47,539 nucleotides of DNA from a virus (taxonomy: Duplodnaviria > Caudoviricetes): positions 1-47,539 of IMG/VR virus record IMGVR_UViG_3300003860_000008. The stretch is one strand, 5' to 3'. The translations under genes and the position numbers were made by a program. The notes beneath the pieces were generated by a model. The model was not told where the DNA came from and did not search any database. It was given only the letters and a program-made list of their open reading frames with translations. The stretch's first letter is position 1. The number at the start of each line of letters is the position of its first letter. Shown here piece after piece: positions 18,195 to 27,732 of this stretch.

Positions 18195-19278
18195 CTTGTT
18201 CCTCCTTTCTTTTGGTTGCGTAAAATTGATTTACTTTACGTAATGTTTCAGGTGGTGATACTTCGTAATCTGAAGCAGGTCCAAGTTGTTCAAATTTTCC
18301 AAGTTCTCCTATAAATAAGAAACTAGCTAAAATATTTGTTGGACCATCTCTATTCTTCACAATTTTGATCATTCTATAACGATCTTTGAAACGAGTTATG
18401 TCAAATCCTAGACATTTATCAACCATTAAATAGAATGGAGAAGCAACTGCGATAATAGTGTTACTGTCCTCTGCCACCGATCCAGTGTTCTTTATATCAC
18501 TCTGAACTGGATGCCAATTATCACCATCTCCTCTACGATTCATTTGTTCTTGACTTCTATTAATTTGAGAAATTACTACTGGAGAAAATCCAAAAAGATT
18601 TCTAAACATAACAAGATGTCTTGAAGCGGTATCAATTGCTAATTTTAAATCAGCATATTTACCTAAATCAATTAATCCGATATGATCAATTACAATCTCA
18701 GTAATTAAATTAGGATCATTAGGGGTATAACCAGTAATCTCACCAGTAGAATCATAAATAATTGTTCCTCTTGTTTTAGCATATCCCAATAGAATATTAT
18801 ACAATGAATCAGGATTTACTTTGTATCTGAAAAATAAAAACTTACTTTCCAATTCCTCCATCTCAAGATTGTATTTTTCTATTAGCTCCAATATATGAGG
18901 TTGTAAAGTATGATTACCTTTTGATAAAAGTTCATTGTAACTGATAATTATACCATGATCTTCAAAAAGTCTTGAACAAATATATTTTCCCAATTGTTCT
19001 TCAGCAGTTAATTCTAATGAGAAATATACAATTTCTAATTTATTAATATAATTAGGATTTTTCTGAATAAATTTAATTGCTCCATAAACATAAGCTGAAT
19101 TAACAAATGCTGTTTTACCAACACCACTTGCTGCAAATATCAAGTCGTATCGTCCTTTCTGAATGTTACAGATATAATCACCTAATGTTCCGAAACCTTC
19201 AAATGGAATACCTTTATTTAAACCTTTTAATCCTTTTTTTATATTATCTGTAAGTTTATTCCATGTTGTTTTTTTCAT
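18175..19278 (-). CDS. dnaB: DnaB-like SF4 replicative helicase
   Basis: AASGVGKT, YFSLEL, VIDHIGL, ISQINR, IKNTGSVAEDS, IVKNRDG. Confidence 0.9.
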   Translation of the reverse strand: MKKTTWNKLTDNIKKGLKGLNKGIPFEGFGTLGDYICNIQKGRYDLIFAASGVGKTAFVNSAYVYGAIKFIQKNPNYINKLEIVYFSLELTAEEQLGKYICSRLFEDHGIIISYNELLSKGNHTLQPHILELIEKYNLEMEELESKFLFFRYKVNPDSLYNILLGYAKTRGTIIYDSTGEITGYTPNDPNLITEIVIDHIGLIDLGKYADLKLAIDTASRHLVMFRNLFGFSPVVISQINRSQEQMNRRGDGDNWHPVQSDIKNTGSVAEDSNTIIAVASPFYLMVDKCLGFDITRFKDRYRMIKIVKNRDGPTNILASFLFIGELGKFEQLGPASDYEVSPPETLRKVNQFYATKRKEEQDDGFDD

Positions 19279-19392
19279 GTTTCCATTGTTTTCTTAGCAT
19301 GTTCTATTAGTATTGATACATAGTGAGCTTTATCAGTTGTTAAATCTTCGATGAATCCCATTTCTTCAAAATACATTATTGCTTCTTCTATA

Positions 19393-20037
19393 TCACTCAT
19401 AAGTTATTTCAGTTGTTTTTAGTAATTCATGTAATTCTTCAGGAATATAATCACTCATACCATTTTTAAACCAATCAGTTCCGTAAAATCCATAACAAGA
19501 ATCAATTTCTTCATCTTCGGTAATAGTTTCATAGTTAGATGGATCAAGAATCATTATTCCTTTATCACCAAAATTAGCAAGTGGACCTTTTAAATATTTA
19601 ACTTCTTCGATAATTCTAAAACCGTAAACATCACCTTTTAAATATTGATCATAAGTTTCAACTTCACTCTTAAAGTAATTAATGATTTTTTCTTTTGTAG
19701 CTTTTGTAACTATTTTACCACCGTATTCTTTTAAAGCATATTCTCTACTGATGTAGATAAATCCTATTTGTCCAGAATCCCATCTACAATCAAAAGAACC
19801 TGTTGAAATACTTAAACCTGAATGATCATATAGATATAAAGGTAATATAATAACAGCCTTTCTTTCTTTGATTAAATAATCAGATAATTCTTCAAAACTA
19901 TTAAAATCATTACTTGAAAGATTATGGTCACTATCTCCTAAAGAATATCTATTATGGAAACAAACCATTGTTCCTAAGTTATCATTATCTCTAGGATTTT
20001 GAGGATCTGACTCTGGTGTAATTATTATTTTTTTCAT
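19393..20037 (-). CDS. Conserved hypothetical phage protein
   Basis: NPR..DNLG, LPLYLYDHSG, WDSGQIG, DSCYGFYG motifs. Confidence 0.8.
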   Translation of the reverse strand: MKKIIITPESDPQNPRDNDNLGTMVCFHNRYSLGDSDHNLSSNDFNSFEELSDYLIKERKAVIILPLYLYDHSGLSISTGSFDCRWDSGQIGFIYISREYALKEYGGKIVTKATKEKIINYFKSEVETYDQYLKGDVYGFRIIEEVKYLKGPLANFGDKGIMILDPSNYETITEDEEIDSCYGFYGTDWFKNGMSDYIPEELHELLKTTEITYE

Positions 20038-20042
20038 AATTT

Positions 20043-20600
20043 CTAAATATTTGTGTTATTCCATGAAGATCCTTCTTCACCTTTTACTTCATTAAATATT
20101 CCCCATGATTCCCAAGAAAATTGATTTAATACAGTTTCAATCTTAGGAAGGAATTGTAATTTACCTGCTTGTTTTTGAGAAGCTAAAAATGATTCTGTAG
20201 CTTTAATTGCTTTCTGATGTTGTTCCTCTGTTTTAATTTTTTTAAGATATTTCTTCTGATGATCTTTATATTCTTTAGAACTATCAGCTGTCGCCCTTAA
20301 TCTTCTAACACCAACTTTAATCGGATAGATTTGATACCACTCACTAAAATTAATTTTTTCTATCCCTAATAGTTTTTCAACATTAGAGATATTAAGAATT
20401 GTTTTAGTGAATAATGCAGTATTATCAGAAGTTATAAATTTAGTATCACAAAGTTCATTACGCATTTCAACACATTGTTCTTTAGTAAAAACTTGAGATA
20501 TATATTTATATTCTTTATAATATAAAGTGTGTAATATAAGATATTGAGCAGGAGTTATCTTGAAAAAAATTAACTTTTTTAAGTCAATTTCTATTTTCAT
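20043..20600 (-). CDS. Putative replication initiator / helicase loader-like protein
   Basis: FSEWYQIYP...LNQFSWE pattern; near dnaB. Confidence 0.5.
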   Translation of the reverse strand: MKIEIDLKKLIFFKITPAQYLILHTLYYKEYKYISQVFTKEQCVEMRNELCDTKFITSDNTALFTKTILNISNVEKLLGIEKINFSEWYQIYPIKVGVRRLRATADSSKEYKDHQKKYLKKIKTEEQHQKAIKATESFLASQKQAGKLQFLPKIETVLNQFSWESWGIFNEVKGEEGSSWNNTNI

Positions 20601-20776
20601 TTTTCTTTGATTATTCTATATTGATAATTTCCTGAGATTATAATTTCATTTGGTGTAAAACCATTAGTGAAAAACACTAATTCAAAATCTTCTCTTGGTT
20701 TAATAAATTTAAAAAATCTTAAAAACTTTTTCCATATTGGAGTTTTAAGTTCTGATGTAACAATATATCTTGTCAT
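20597..20776 (-). CDS. Small hypothetical protein (59 aa, not in ORF track)
   Basis: MTRYIVTSELKTPIWKK...; 4-nt overlaps with both neighbours. Confidence 0.55.
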   Translation of the reverse strand: MTRYIVTSELKTPIWKKFLRFFKFIKPREDFELVFFTNGFTPNEIIISGNYQYRIIKEK

Positions 20777-21345
20777 AAATAAGTTATTTTTAAAGGGTTA
20801 AAATTTTGTATTGCATTATATTTATTAATTATTCCATTTTCTCTTTCAAAATCACATCTTGCATTATAAGCTTCTTCTTCAGTATTAAATCTTCCTAAAT
20901 TAATTGCTATTTTATTAAATTTTATAGCAGCAATCCATTTATTATTTATTTTATCCCAACTAACACCAATATAATTTGATGTCTTATTTGTTTTTATTTT
21001 ATTATGACAAACATTTTCTCGTTGAGAAACCCATTCAAGATTCAGATAATGATTATTTAATTGATTACCATCAATGTGATTTACAACCATTGAATCATCA
21101 TTATTAAATACAAAATGTAAAGCAACTATTCGATGCACTTTTTGAGTTTTCTTACTTTGATATTTACGTAGAGCAAATGTTAAATAACCTCTTTCATTAG
21201 GGCATGGGTTTAATATTCTTTCTTTAATAGTTATTGAATTAGTTCCTCTTGGTACAACTCTATATAAACTTTTAATTCTTCCTAAATTACTAACTTGATA
21301 TAATCCTTCATAATTAGTAATATCCATCCATATTTCTTTTTCCAT
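20773..21345 (-). CDS. NUMOD4-HNH-AP2 homing endonuclease, copy 3
   Basis: EIWMDITNYEGLYQVSNLGRIKS; VHRIVA...VNHIDGN...NLEW; SNYIGVSW. Likely start ATG at 21345. Confidence 0.92.
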   Translation of the reverse strand: MEKEIWMDITNYEGLYQVSNLGRIKSLYRVVPRGTNSITIKERILNPCPNERGYLTFALRKYQSKKTQKVHRIVALHFVFNNDDSMVVNHIDGNQLNNHYLNLEWVSQRENVCHNKIKTNKTSNYIGVSWDKINNKWIAAIKFNKIAINLGRFNTEEEAYNARCDFERENGIINKYNAIQNFNPLKITYL

Positions 21346-21433
21346 AAATAAAAAAGCCCCATTAATCCGAGGTCGAAGGCTCTTCATAATGAGGTCTTAA
21401 ATAATGTTTTTAAATGCAGCTTCGACTCTACAC
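21346..21433 (-). ncRNA. Structured kissing-loop leader RNA, copy 3
   Basis: GTGTAG-AGTCGAAG-CTGCAT and CCTCATTA...GAG-CCTTCGAC-CTC...TAATGGGG, then a U-tract. Confidence 0.78.
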
Positions 21434-21435
21434 TA

Positions 21436-21443
21436 CAAAGATA
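21436..21443 (-). promoter_or_regulatory. Bacteroidota sigma-A -7 element
   Basis: TATCTTTG upstream of leader copy 3. Confidence 0.75.
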
Positions 21444-21453
21444 AGAAATAATT

Positions 21454-22488
21454 CTATATCCATGTTATTTTATTTTGATCGAAACCTTTAATTGCAGAAT
21501 TTAACCAATTTTCATCTTGAGTATTTTTTAAATAAATCATATAAATTTGAGCAATTCTATTATTCTCAGCATTACAAGCTCTTAAAGCTTTTTGAATACA
21601 AAGTGAATCATTATTTAAAACCTGATTAAATACAACTGTTTTTAAATTATAAAATGATGTCCCCATACTTATCATAGATATTACAGATAGTTTATTCAGT
21701 GTACCATTAGAAAATAATGATAATGTGTTTTTGTTAGATTTTCCATGAAAACTAGCGTCACCAATTTGATCGGCAATGGTAGATCGTGCTGTGAATACTA
21801 AACACCGTTCTATATTTTCTATTAGCTCTTTAGTCTTATTCAATTTAGTAACAGAATTATAAATAATATCAGCTCTTTTTGAAATAATACCTTTGATTCC
21901 ACGATGATTTCCTATCTCTACAGCTCTATTAAAACGATTGTCCCAAATAGTGTACAAAGTTTGTTCATCCTCGCTTAAATCAATTCCTATACAGGTAATT
22001 CGATAATCTGCAATGATTCCATCATCAATAGCTTGTTCGAAAGAATAAGAATATAACTTTTTCAATTTCAAGATATTAGATATTCTATTTTCATCAGTTT
22101 CATTCAATGTACCAGTCAATGCTAATATTCTACTTCCTGACAACTGTTTCATTTTGACAAAAGACAATACAGATAAGTTATAATCATGTATTTCATCACA
22201 AATAATGAGGTCATAGAATTTCTTATTTTTCTTTATTGAATTACTCCATTCTAAAGTCACATTGATATTATTTCGAAGATTCCACTTTTTCATTTCTGCT
22301 TCCCAAGAACCTAGAATAGGTATCTTAGGAGCTAAAATAAGAACTTCTAATGGTCTTGAAACTGTATTCAACGCATCTATAACCGTTTTCGTTTTTCCGA
22401 CACGAGGAGAAACATGAATAATTCCAATGAAACGATTCTCAACAATAATATCAGTTACCTCTTTTTGTATTTGAAATCGTTTCTCCAT
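21454..22488 (-). CDS. SF2 helicase (DExH/ResIII-like)
   Basis: SPRVGKT, ICDEIH, LALTGT, QKALRA. Confidence 0.88.
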   Translation of the reverse strand: MEKRFQIQKEVTDIIVENRFIGIIHVSPRVGKTKTVIDALNTVSRPLEVLILAPKIPILGSWEAEMKKWNLRNNINVTLEWSNSIKKNKKFYDLIICDEIHDYNLSVLSFVKMKQLSGSRILALTGTLNETDENRISNILKLKKLYSYSFEQAIDDGIIADYRITCIGIDLSEDEQTLYTIWDNRFNRAVEIGNHRGIKGIISKRADIIYNSVTKLNKTKELIENIERCLVFTARSTIADQIGDASFHGKSNKNTLSLFSNGTLNKLSVISMISMGTSFYNLKTVVFNQVLNNDSLCIQKALRACNAENNRIAQIYMIYLKNTQDENWLNSAIKGFDQNKITWI

Positions 22489-22491
22489 AAT

Positions 22492-22809
22492 TTACCAAAT
22501 ATCTGATTGTATAGTTTTACATTTTTCTATGACAACTGTTGCATTTTGTTCTTGCATTTCAGGATATAGTGTATTTTTATACAATAATTGATAAGTACCT
22601 GGTTTTAATGTGAAATAAGTATTATAATCCTCAGGATTTGATGATGTACTCATGAGTACACCAACAGATACACCATTAATAAATGCTTCATGTGGTTCAT
22701 TATTACAATGTATAACCAACTTACCATTAGGAGAGTAATCACATTTATTATTCTTTTTGCACGATATTACAATCAGCAAACATACGCTTAACATTATTAT
22801 TTTCTTCAT
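22492..22809 (-). CDS. Putative lipoprotein
   Basis: MKKIIMLSVCLLIVIS-CKK signal peptide II; start at 22809. Confidence 0.7.
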   Translation of the reverse strand: MKKIIMLSVCLLIVISCKKNNKCDYSPNGKLVIHCNNEPHEAFINGVSVGVLMSTSSNPEDYNTYFTLKPGTYQLLYKNTLYPEMQEQNATVVIEKCKTIQSDIW

Positions 22810-23251
22810 CTTTTTCTTTTTTAAATTGTTTAACAAATTCTTCAGCAATTAATTCACTCCAATTTTCAATATTCTTGATAAAGTTATCATCAAAGTTTCT
22901 AGTACTGGCAATTAATGATTTCATTGCTGCTAATTTAATCATTTCTTTTTTATTCGTTGTAATACTATTTCGAATGATAATAGTATTTTCTATTAGCTCA
23001 ATGTCTAAATCATCTGTAGAGATAGCTAAAACAGCTTCTTCAATTGATATATGAAGATAATGAGTATTAGTTGTGTAGGTACTTTTAGAAGCACCTATTT
23101 CTGAACAAATTGGAATGATATTTCCACCTATGTTTTCGTAAGATTTAACCTTACAAGGAATAACACGACCACCTGATAATTTTTCATCTTTCCATTTCTT
23201 ATGAGTAAGAAAGACTTTTGTTCCAATTGGATAAATTTTTAATTTTTTCAT
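22748..23251 (-). CDS. Hypothetical protein
   Basis: ORF. Confidence 0.6.
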   Translation of the reverse strand: MKKLKIYPIGTKVFLTHKKWKDEKLSGGRVIPCKVKSYENIGGNIIPICSEIGASKSTYTTNTHYLHISIEEAVLAISTDDLDIELIENTIIIRNSITTNKKEMIKLAAMKSLIASTRNFDDNFIKNIENWSELIAEEFVKQFKKEKDEENNNVKRMFADCNIVQKE

Positions 23252-23253
23252 TT

Positions 23254-23472
23254 TTAATAAATATAAGAGGTCATGTTATTATGTTTTTTATTGTATTTTT
23301 CAATACATAATTTATCAAGATATTTTACTGTACACCATTGAGAAAATACATTATCAACATCTGCTTTTATAAATCTCCTATGAGCATCTACTCGAACCTT
23401 AGAAGATGTTCCTCTAATTCTTTTAATAACCCATTCATCGGATGTAACTACTTCTTTTAATGATATTTTCAT
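23254..23472 (-). CDS. Hypothetical protein
   Basis: ORF. Confidence 0.55.
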   Translation of the reverse strand: MKISLKEVVTSDEWVIKRIRGTSSKVRVDAHRRFIKADVDNVFSQWCTVKYLDKLCIEKYNKKHNNMTSYIY

Positions 23473-23690
23473 TGTTTAAATTGTTTTTTAAATTCTTCAA
23501 ATTCTTTATCATATTGTCGTAAAGCAAATTCACTAATATGATCAATTTTACTAATTGGTTTTGTGAATGGTTTTAAAGATTCCATTTTAGCTTTTAAAAT
23601 AAATAATGTAGATAATACATGATGGTTAGGACATTTAGCTATTTCTTCATCAATTAGAGAAATAACTTCTTTCTTTGAAATATTTTCCAT
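23469..23690 (-). CDS. Hypothetical protein
   Basis: ORF; likely start MENISK at 23690. Confidence 0.55.
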   Translation of the reverse strand: MENISKKEVISLIDEEIAKCPNHHVLSTLFILKAKMESLKPFTKPISKIDHISEFALRQYDKEFEEFKKQFKQ

Positions 23691-23702
23691 AATTAATAAA
23701 AT

Positions 23703-23728
23703 AAAAAAGGAGCTATATTTCAAGCTCC
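23703..23728 (-). terminator. Intrinsic terminator
   Basis: GGAGCT/AGCTCC stem followed by T6 on the minus strand. Confidence 0.65.
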
Positions 23729-23737
23729 TATTAATGA

Positions 23738-24268
23738 TTAATCTAAAGTTGATGTTCTAGTAAATGTTACATCAGCTCCTAACTCTTTTAAAGTATCAGC
23801 TAATTTTTCAACTGGTGTTCTACTAATTTCTTTATCTAATTCTTCACGATAAGGAAAAATATCTACGATTGGAGAAACTGCTGAACTTGTAATTTCATAA
23901 TCAACCATTAATGTTGATAATGATTCTTTCAATTTATCAATAGCATCTTTAACTGATTCTGCAGCAACAAAGAATGTTTGACGAATGTTCTTACTTCCTT
24001 CACCATCTGCAGATCCATCAAACTTAATTTTAAGGATGTACCAAACTCCAGATTCAGTATCATAATGAAAAATATCATGAAGTTCTGTACGTGCAATACT
24101 TACGATATTAAATTCACCACGAATGATTTCACCTAATTCTTCATAGATTCTAGTTTCTGCGTGACTAAATGTCATTGCAGCTACAAGATACGGTTCTGTT
24201 ACACGTTTAAACGTCCCATTCTCTTGCTGAGTAGTATACTTTACTTTTACTGTAAAATAGTTATTCAT
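23738..24268 (-). CDS. DUF4494 family protein (Bacteroidota)
   Basis: YFTVKVKY...ENG..KRVTEPYLVAAMTFSHAETRI...IVDIFPY. Confidence 0.8.
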   Translation of the reverse strand: MNNYFTVKVKYTTQQENGTFKRVTEPYLVAAMTFSHAETRIYEELGEIIRGEFNIVSIARTELHDIFHYDTESGVWYILKIKFDGSADGEGSKNIRQTFFVAAESVKDAIDKLKESLSTLMVDYEITSSAVSPIVDIFPYREELDKEISRTPVEKLADTLKELGADVTFTRTSTLD

Positions 24269-24284
24269 ATTTATTTGTTTTTGA

Positions 24285-25571
24285 TTACTTGTTTAATAAT
24301 TGAACCATATCTTTATAAATCAAATTTTTATCATTTGATTTAAGTTTGTATTGTTCTTTGACTATTTCCCACATACGATCTTCAGTGAATTTAGAATCTA
24401 CATAAAGAGCTTTCTCTGATTCAGATCCTATTACAAAAATACTAGTAGAAGAAACAATAGACTCAATGATTGGAAATTCTATTTCTATATTGAACTTTTT
24501 ACAAATAGAAATAATATGTTCTTCAAATGATAATTCTACCAATACCTCATCTAATGTTTCAGAATCAACCAATACACTTTCTCTTACTTCAGATTTCACA
24601 ATTTGAACTTCAACTCTTGGTGTCCAATTAGATGTAGAATATTCTATTTTCTTTTTACCAATAGAAAATCTATTATCTGACATAATTGAACTCATTATAG
24701 ATTCTCCAAATTCAGGAAGTGTACCATTAGAATAACAATCATTGATAATATCAACCCAGTTTTGAGAGAAATTACCAAAACCTAATTGAGATTCAATATC
24801 ATCTTTATCATAAGTATCAATATAATCTTTAATTACTTCATCAACATTCATTCTTTTCAAAGCATAGGAAATTTCAGATCGAGTAGTATAAACATCTCTG
24901 ATTACACGCATCTCATCAATTTCTGCTATTGAATGATCATAAACATATTTAGATTGTTGATCAGGATCTGAGAAGATTTTGATTCCATTCTTGTAAATTG
25001 TAAATTCTTTGTTTGGAAGATTATTCTCATAGATTTTAATATTCTCTTGGTGAGAAGTGTAAACAGGTTCTCCAGTTAAGAAATAAGAATCCCAATTATC
25101 AATTACTTCTTGAAGTTTATCGTGACCATTAAGAATGATGTGAGTGTCATAATGTATAATACTTTCAGGAACATTACCAATATTCCAAATACCATCTTCA
25201 TCCAGACAGTTACTTACCAACTCCCTTATAGCCATCCAGAACTCCCAATCGTAACCTAGGTTTACAGCAAATCCAGTTTGATGATAAATAATTTGACCAT
25301 CATTTAAATCATGTTGTTTTATTTCAATAAGATTTTTCTGTTTTCCAGTACTTACATCTGTTACTAATTTCTCATTAAAAGAATATTCGAAGTTGCCACT
25401 AGAGATAGTGATTTGTATATCATTACGAAGTAAAATAGCAATTGCGTATTTTAATCCTGAATCATATTTACCAGTTTTTGAATGATCATCTCGTTTGGAA
25501 CTATCACCCATAGAAGTTAAGTCCAATAATGAGAGAATCCCATTATTGGAGAATGTTAAGTTTTTATTCAT
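24285..25571 (-). CDS. GHKL/HATPase-like ATP-binding protein
   Basis: MGDSSKR...TGKYDSGLKYA and AIRELVSNCLDE motifs. Confidence 0.6.
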   Translation of the reverse strand: MNKNLTFSNNGILSLLDLTSMGDSSKRDDHSKTGKYDSGLKYAIAILLRNDIQITISSGNFEYSFNEKLVTDVSTGKQKNLIEIKQHDLNDGQIIYHQTGFAVNLGYDWEFWMAIRELVSNCLDEDGIWNIGNVPESIIHYDTHIILNGHDKLQEVIDNWDSYFLTGEPVYTSHQENIKIYENNLPNKEFTIYKNGIKIFSDPDQQSKYVYDHSIAEIDEMRVIRDVYTTRSEISYALKRMNVDEVIKDYIDTYDKDDIESQLGFGNFSQNWVDIINDCYSNGTLPEFGESIMSSIMSDNRFSIGKKKIEYSTSNWTPRVEVQIVKSEVRESVLVDSETLDEVLVELSFEEHIISICKKFNIEIEFPIIESIVSSTSIFVIGSESEKALYVDSKFTEDRMWEIVKEQYKLKSNDKNLIYKDMVQLLNK

Positions 25572-25600
25572 AAAGTTTATTTTGATTGTTTATATTAATT

Positions 25601-25693
25601 TGTGGACATGACAGGATTCGAACCTGTAAACGCTCCTCCCATTTAAGGGCTGCCTTCTTATAAGGAGTATATTTTCCAACCGATCACACACCC
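25601..25693 (-). tRNA. Degenerate tRNA-like element (possibly Leu-TAA-derived)
   Basis: Perfect T arm ACAGG-TTCGAAT-CCTGT; acceptor GGGTGTG/CATGTCC with wobbles; irregular D and anticodon arms. Confidence 0.45.
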
Positions 25694-25808
25694 GACCATT
25701 TTCAAAGTATTCCACCAATAGACATCAAAACTACCAGTCCCAATTAATAAATGCATCGACTCATTCATACTTTGAAAATTGTGGATTCGAACCACTTTAC
25801 TTCTTTAA

Positions 25809-26240
25809 TTATTTTTTCAAATCAGCAATATCAGATTCTAATTGCTCAATTTCTAAAGCAATTTGTTCAGCTTCTTTAGTATAATCTTCTGTTGCTTCTT
25901 CGATATTTCTTTCTAATTTAGCAACAATTCTACGAGCATTGTTCACATTATTCCAGAATACAGAAATTTGTTCAGTACGACCAGCATTAGATTTTAACAA
26001 ATCAGGATTGATAGATACTTGAGCATTCTTTACTTCTTCAATAGCATCTTCCAAATTCTTTTCTAATTGCTCAATCTCTTCAACATTTTCAACACCTTTG
26101 TTTGCGATGAATCTTTTCTTTGTTGTGATTTTACTTTCAGCATTTTTAATGATTTCACCGTAGAATTTCTCTAAATTTGTTTCATTAGAACCTTCAAATG
26201 CTTCGATAGCACGACTTACAATGTTTAATTTTTTACCCAT
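25809..26240 (-). CDS. Coiled-coil hypothetical protein
   Basis: E/K-rich heptad pattern. Confidence 0.75.
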   Translation of the reverse strand: MGKKLNIVSRAIEAFEGSNETNLEKFYGEIIKNAESKITTKKRFIANKGVENVEEIEQLEKNLEDAIEEVKNAQVSINPDLLKSNAGRTEQISVFWNNVNNARRIVAKLERNIEEATEDYTKEAEQIALEIEQLESDIADLKK

Positions 26241-26269
26241 GGTATTTATTTATTTAATTAATTACAAAT

Positions 26270-27732
26270 TTACTTTTTTCTTTTGATAAATATCTCAACT
26301 GGTTCGTTAGGAATATCTATTTTATTTTCTTTTGGAGGAGATTTCTTAAAAGGTAATGATTGTGACATCATAGCTACTCCTGCGCTTATCAATTGATCAG
26401 AATTATTATGAACTTGCCTTTTTGAAGGATTTATTTGTTCCCAAGCACAATCTACTGGCATTATACCAATACTATGCATAGAGTCTAACCAATTTTCATG
26501 TCTAATCTGTTCTGGAGATTTAACAATAGGTTTTGGTACATTTTGTATGCATATATCTTGGTTTACTTTATCTAACCATTTCCCATCATTACTTACAGAA
26601 GAAATAGTAGATTCAATAACAATAGCATATTTATTTTTTGATCTCGAATATACCGATAATGATTTTCCTTTATCGTAACAGTAAATATTATCAGTTATCC
26701 CTTCTTCAAATAAAGCTTCTGTTATTATTCCAATTGTTCCTTCAGTAGATATAATACAATCACCAACTTTAAATCGTTCTCTACATATTTCTAATGGTGT
26801 AAGTTCTTTTACTGGTTCTTCATAGATTTCAAATTTTGAACCAATATTATCATTGTCCCATTTAATTTGAACTTTACCGTGAATATTATGTAAAACTTTT
26901 CCATTTTCACTATCAACATCATAAACATCGCCTACAATATAAGCTCCTCCAGAATATGTACATTTTACTTTTTTAGGAATATCATCATCATGGTCAATAG
27001 GAGATGTTCTATTAACTAATTCAGCATATTCATTATTTCTTGATGACCAAAGCATAATAGGATGTAACACATTATCAATATCATAATCAGTATAAATATT
27101 ACCATTGTTATGTATTCTATAAACATTACCACATATAGTACCTATTGTTCCTTTAGGTGATTTAATTTTATTACCTAATTTGAATTTAACATAACATGTC
27201 GTTAATGTTTTATTTCCAACAAGTACTAAACCATCTTGATGTATTAATAATTGATTAGTACCATCTTGAATCATTACCAAGTTTTCATAATCTGTAGTTT
27301 CTGATCCAGATTTAATTACAGTCCAAGGACGATCATTAATTCGAATATCACCTACAGGATTATATGTAGTATTAGTAAAACCAAACCATCTAAAAGCATC
27401 CATGTGACTAATATAACATCTACCTCTATCAATAATATTTACAATATCACCTCTATTGAATTTAGTATTTTCGGATTTAGTATTTTTTCTATAATCTTCA
27501 ATTGGTATATACTTACCCAGATTAAAACAATGATCGAAATATTCTACTTCTTTCTGTGTTGCATTTACTACTGACTTGATAAAATATGTATTTGGTTCTA
27601 TATTTATTTCTAATAACTCACTATCTAATCTTATTCCAAATCCTTTTTCATTATCAATTGAATCTTCTAGTAATTTAATTATTCCAAAATTCCAACCTCT
27701 TTCATATTTTACATAATCTCCTTTTTTTTCAT
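26270..27732 (-). CDS. Hypothetical multi-domain protein; 5' end out of frame at an A8 run
   Basis: Frame of ORF 26270..27403 stays open to 27736; the ATG at 27732 is one base out of frame (ATG-A8-GGA). Confidence 0.6.

Noticed and set aside
21346-21387. N-terminal extension MKSLRPRINGAFLF of HNH copy 3 (also TTG starts at 7935 and 10174)
   Set aside because: Falls inside the conserved RNA leader; alignment of the three copies places the start at the ATG after the U-tract
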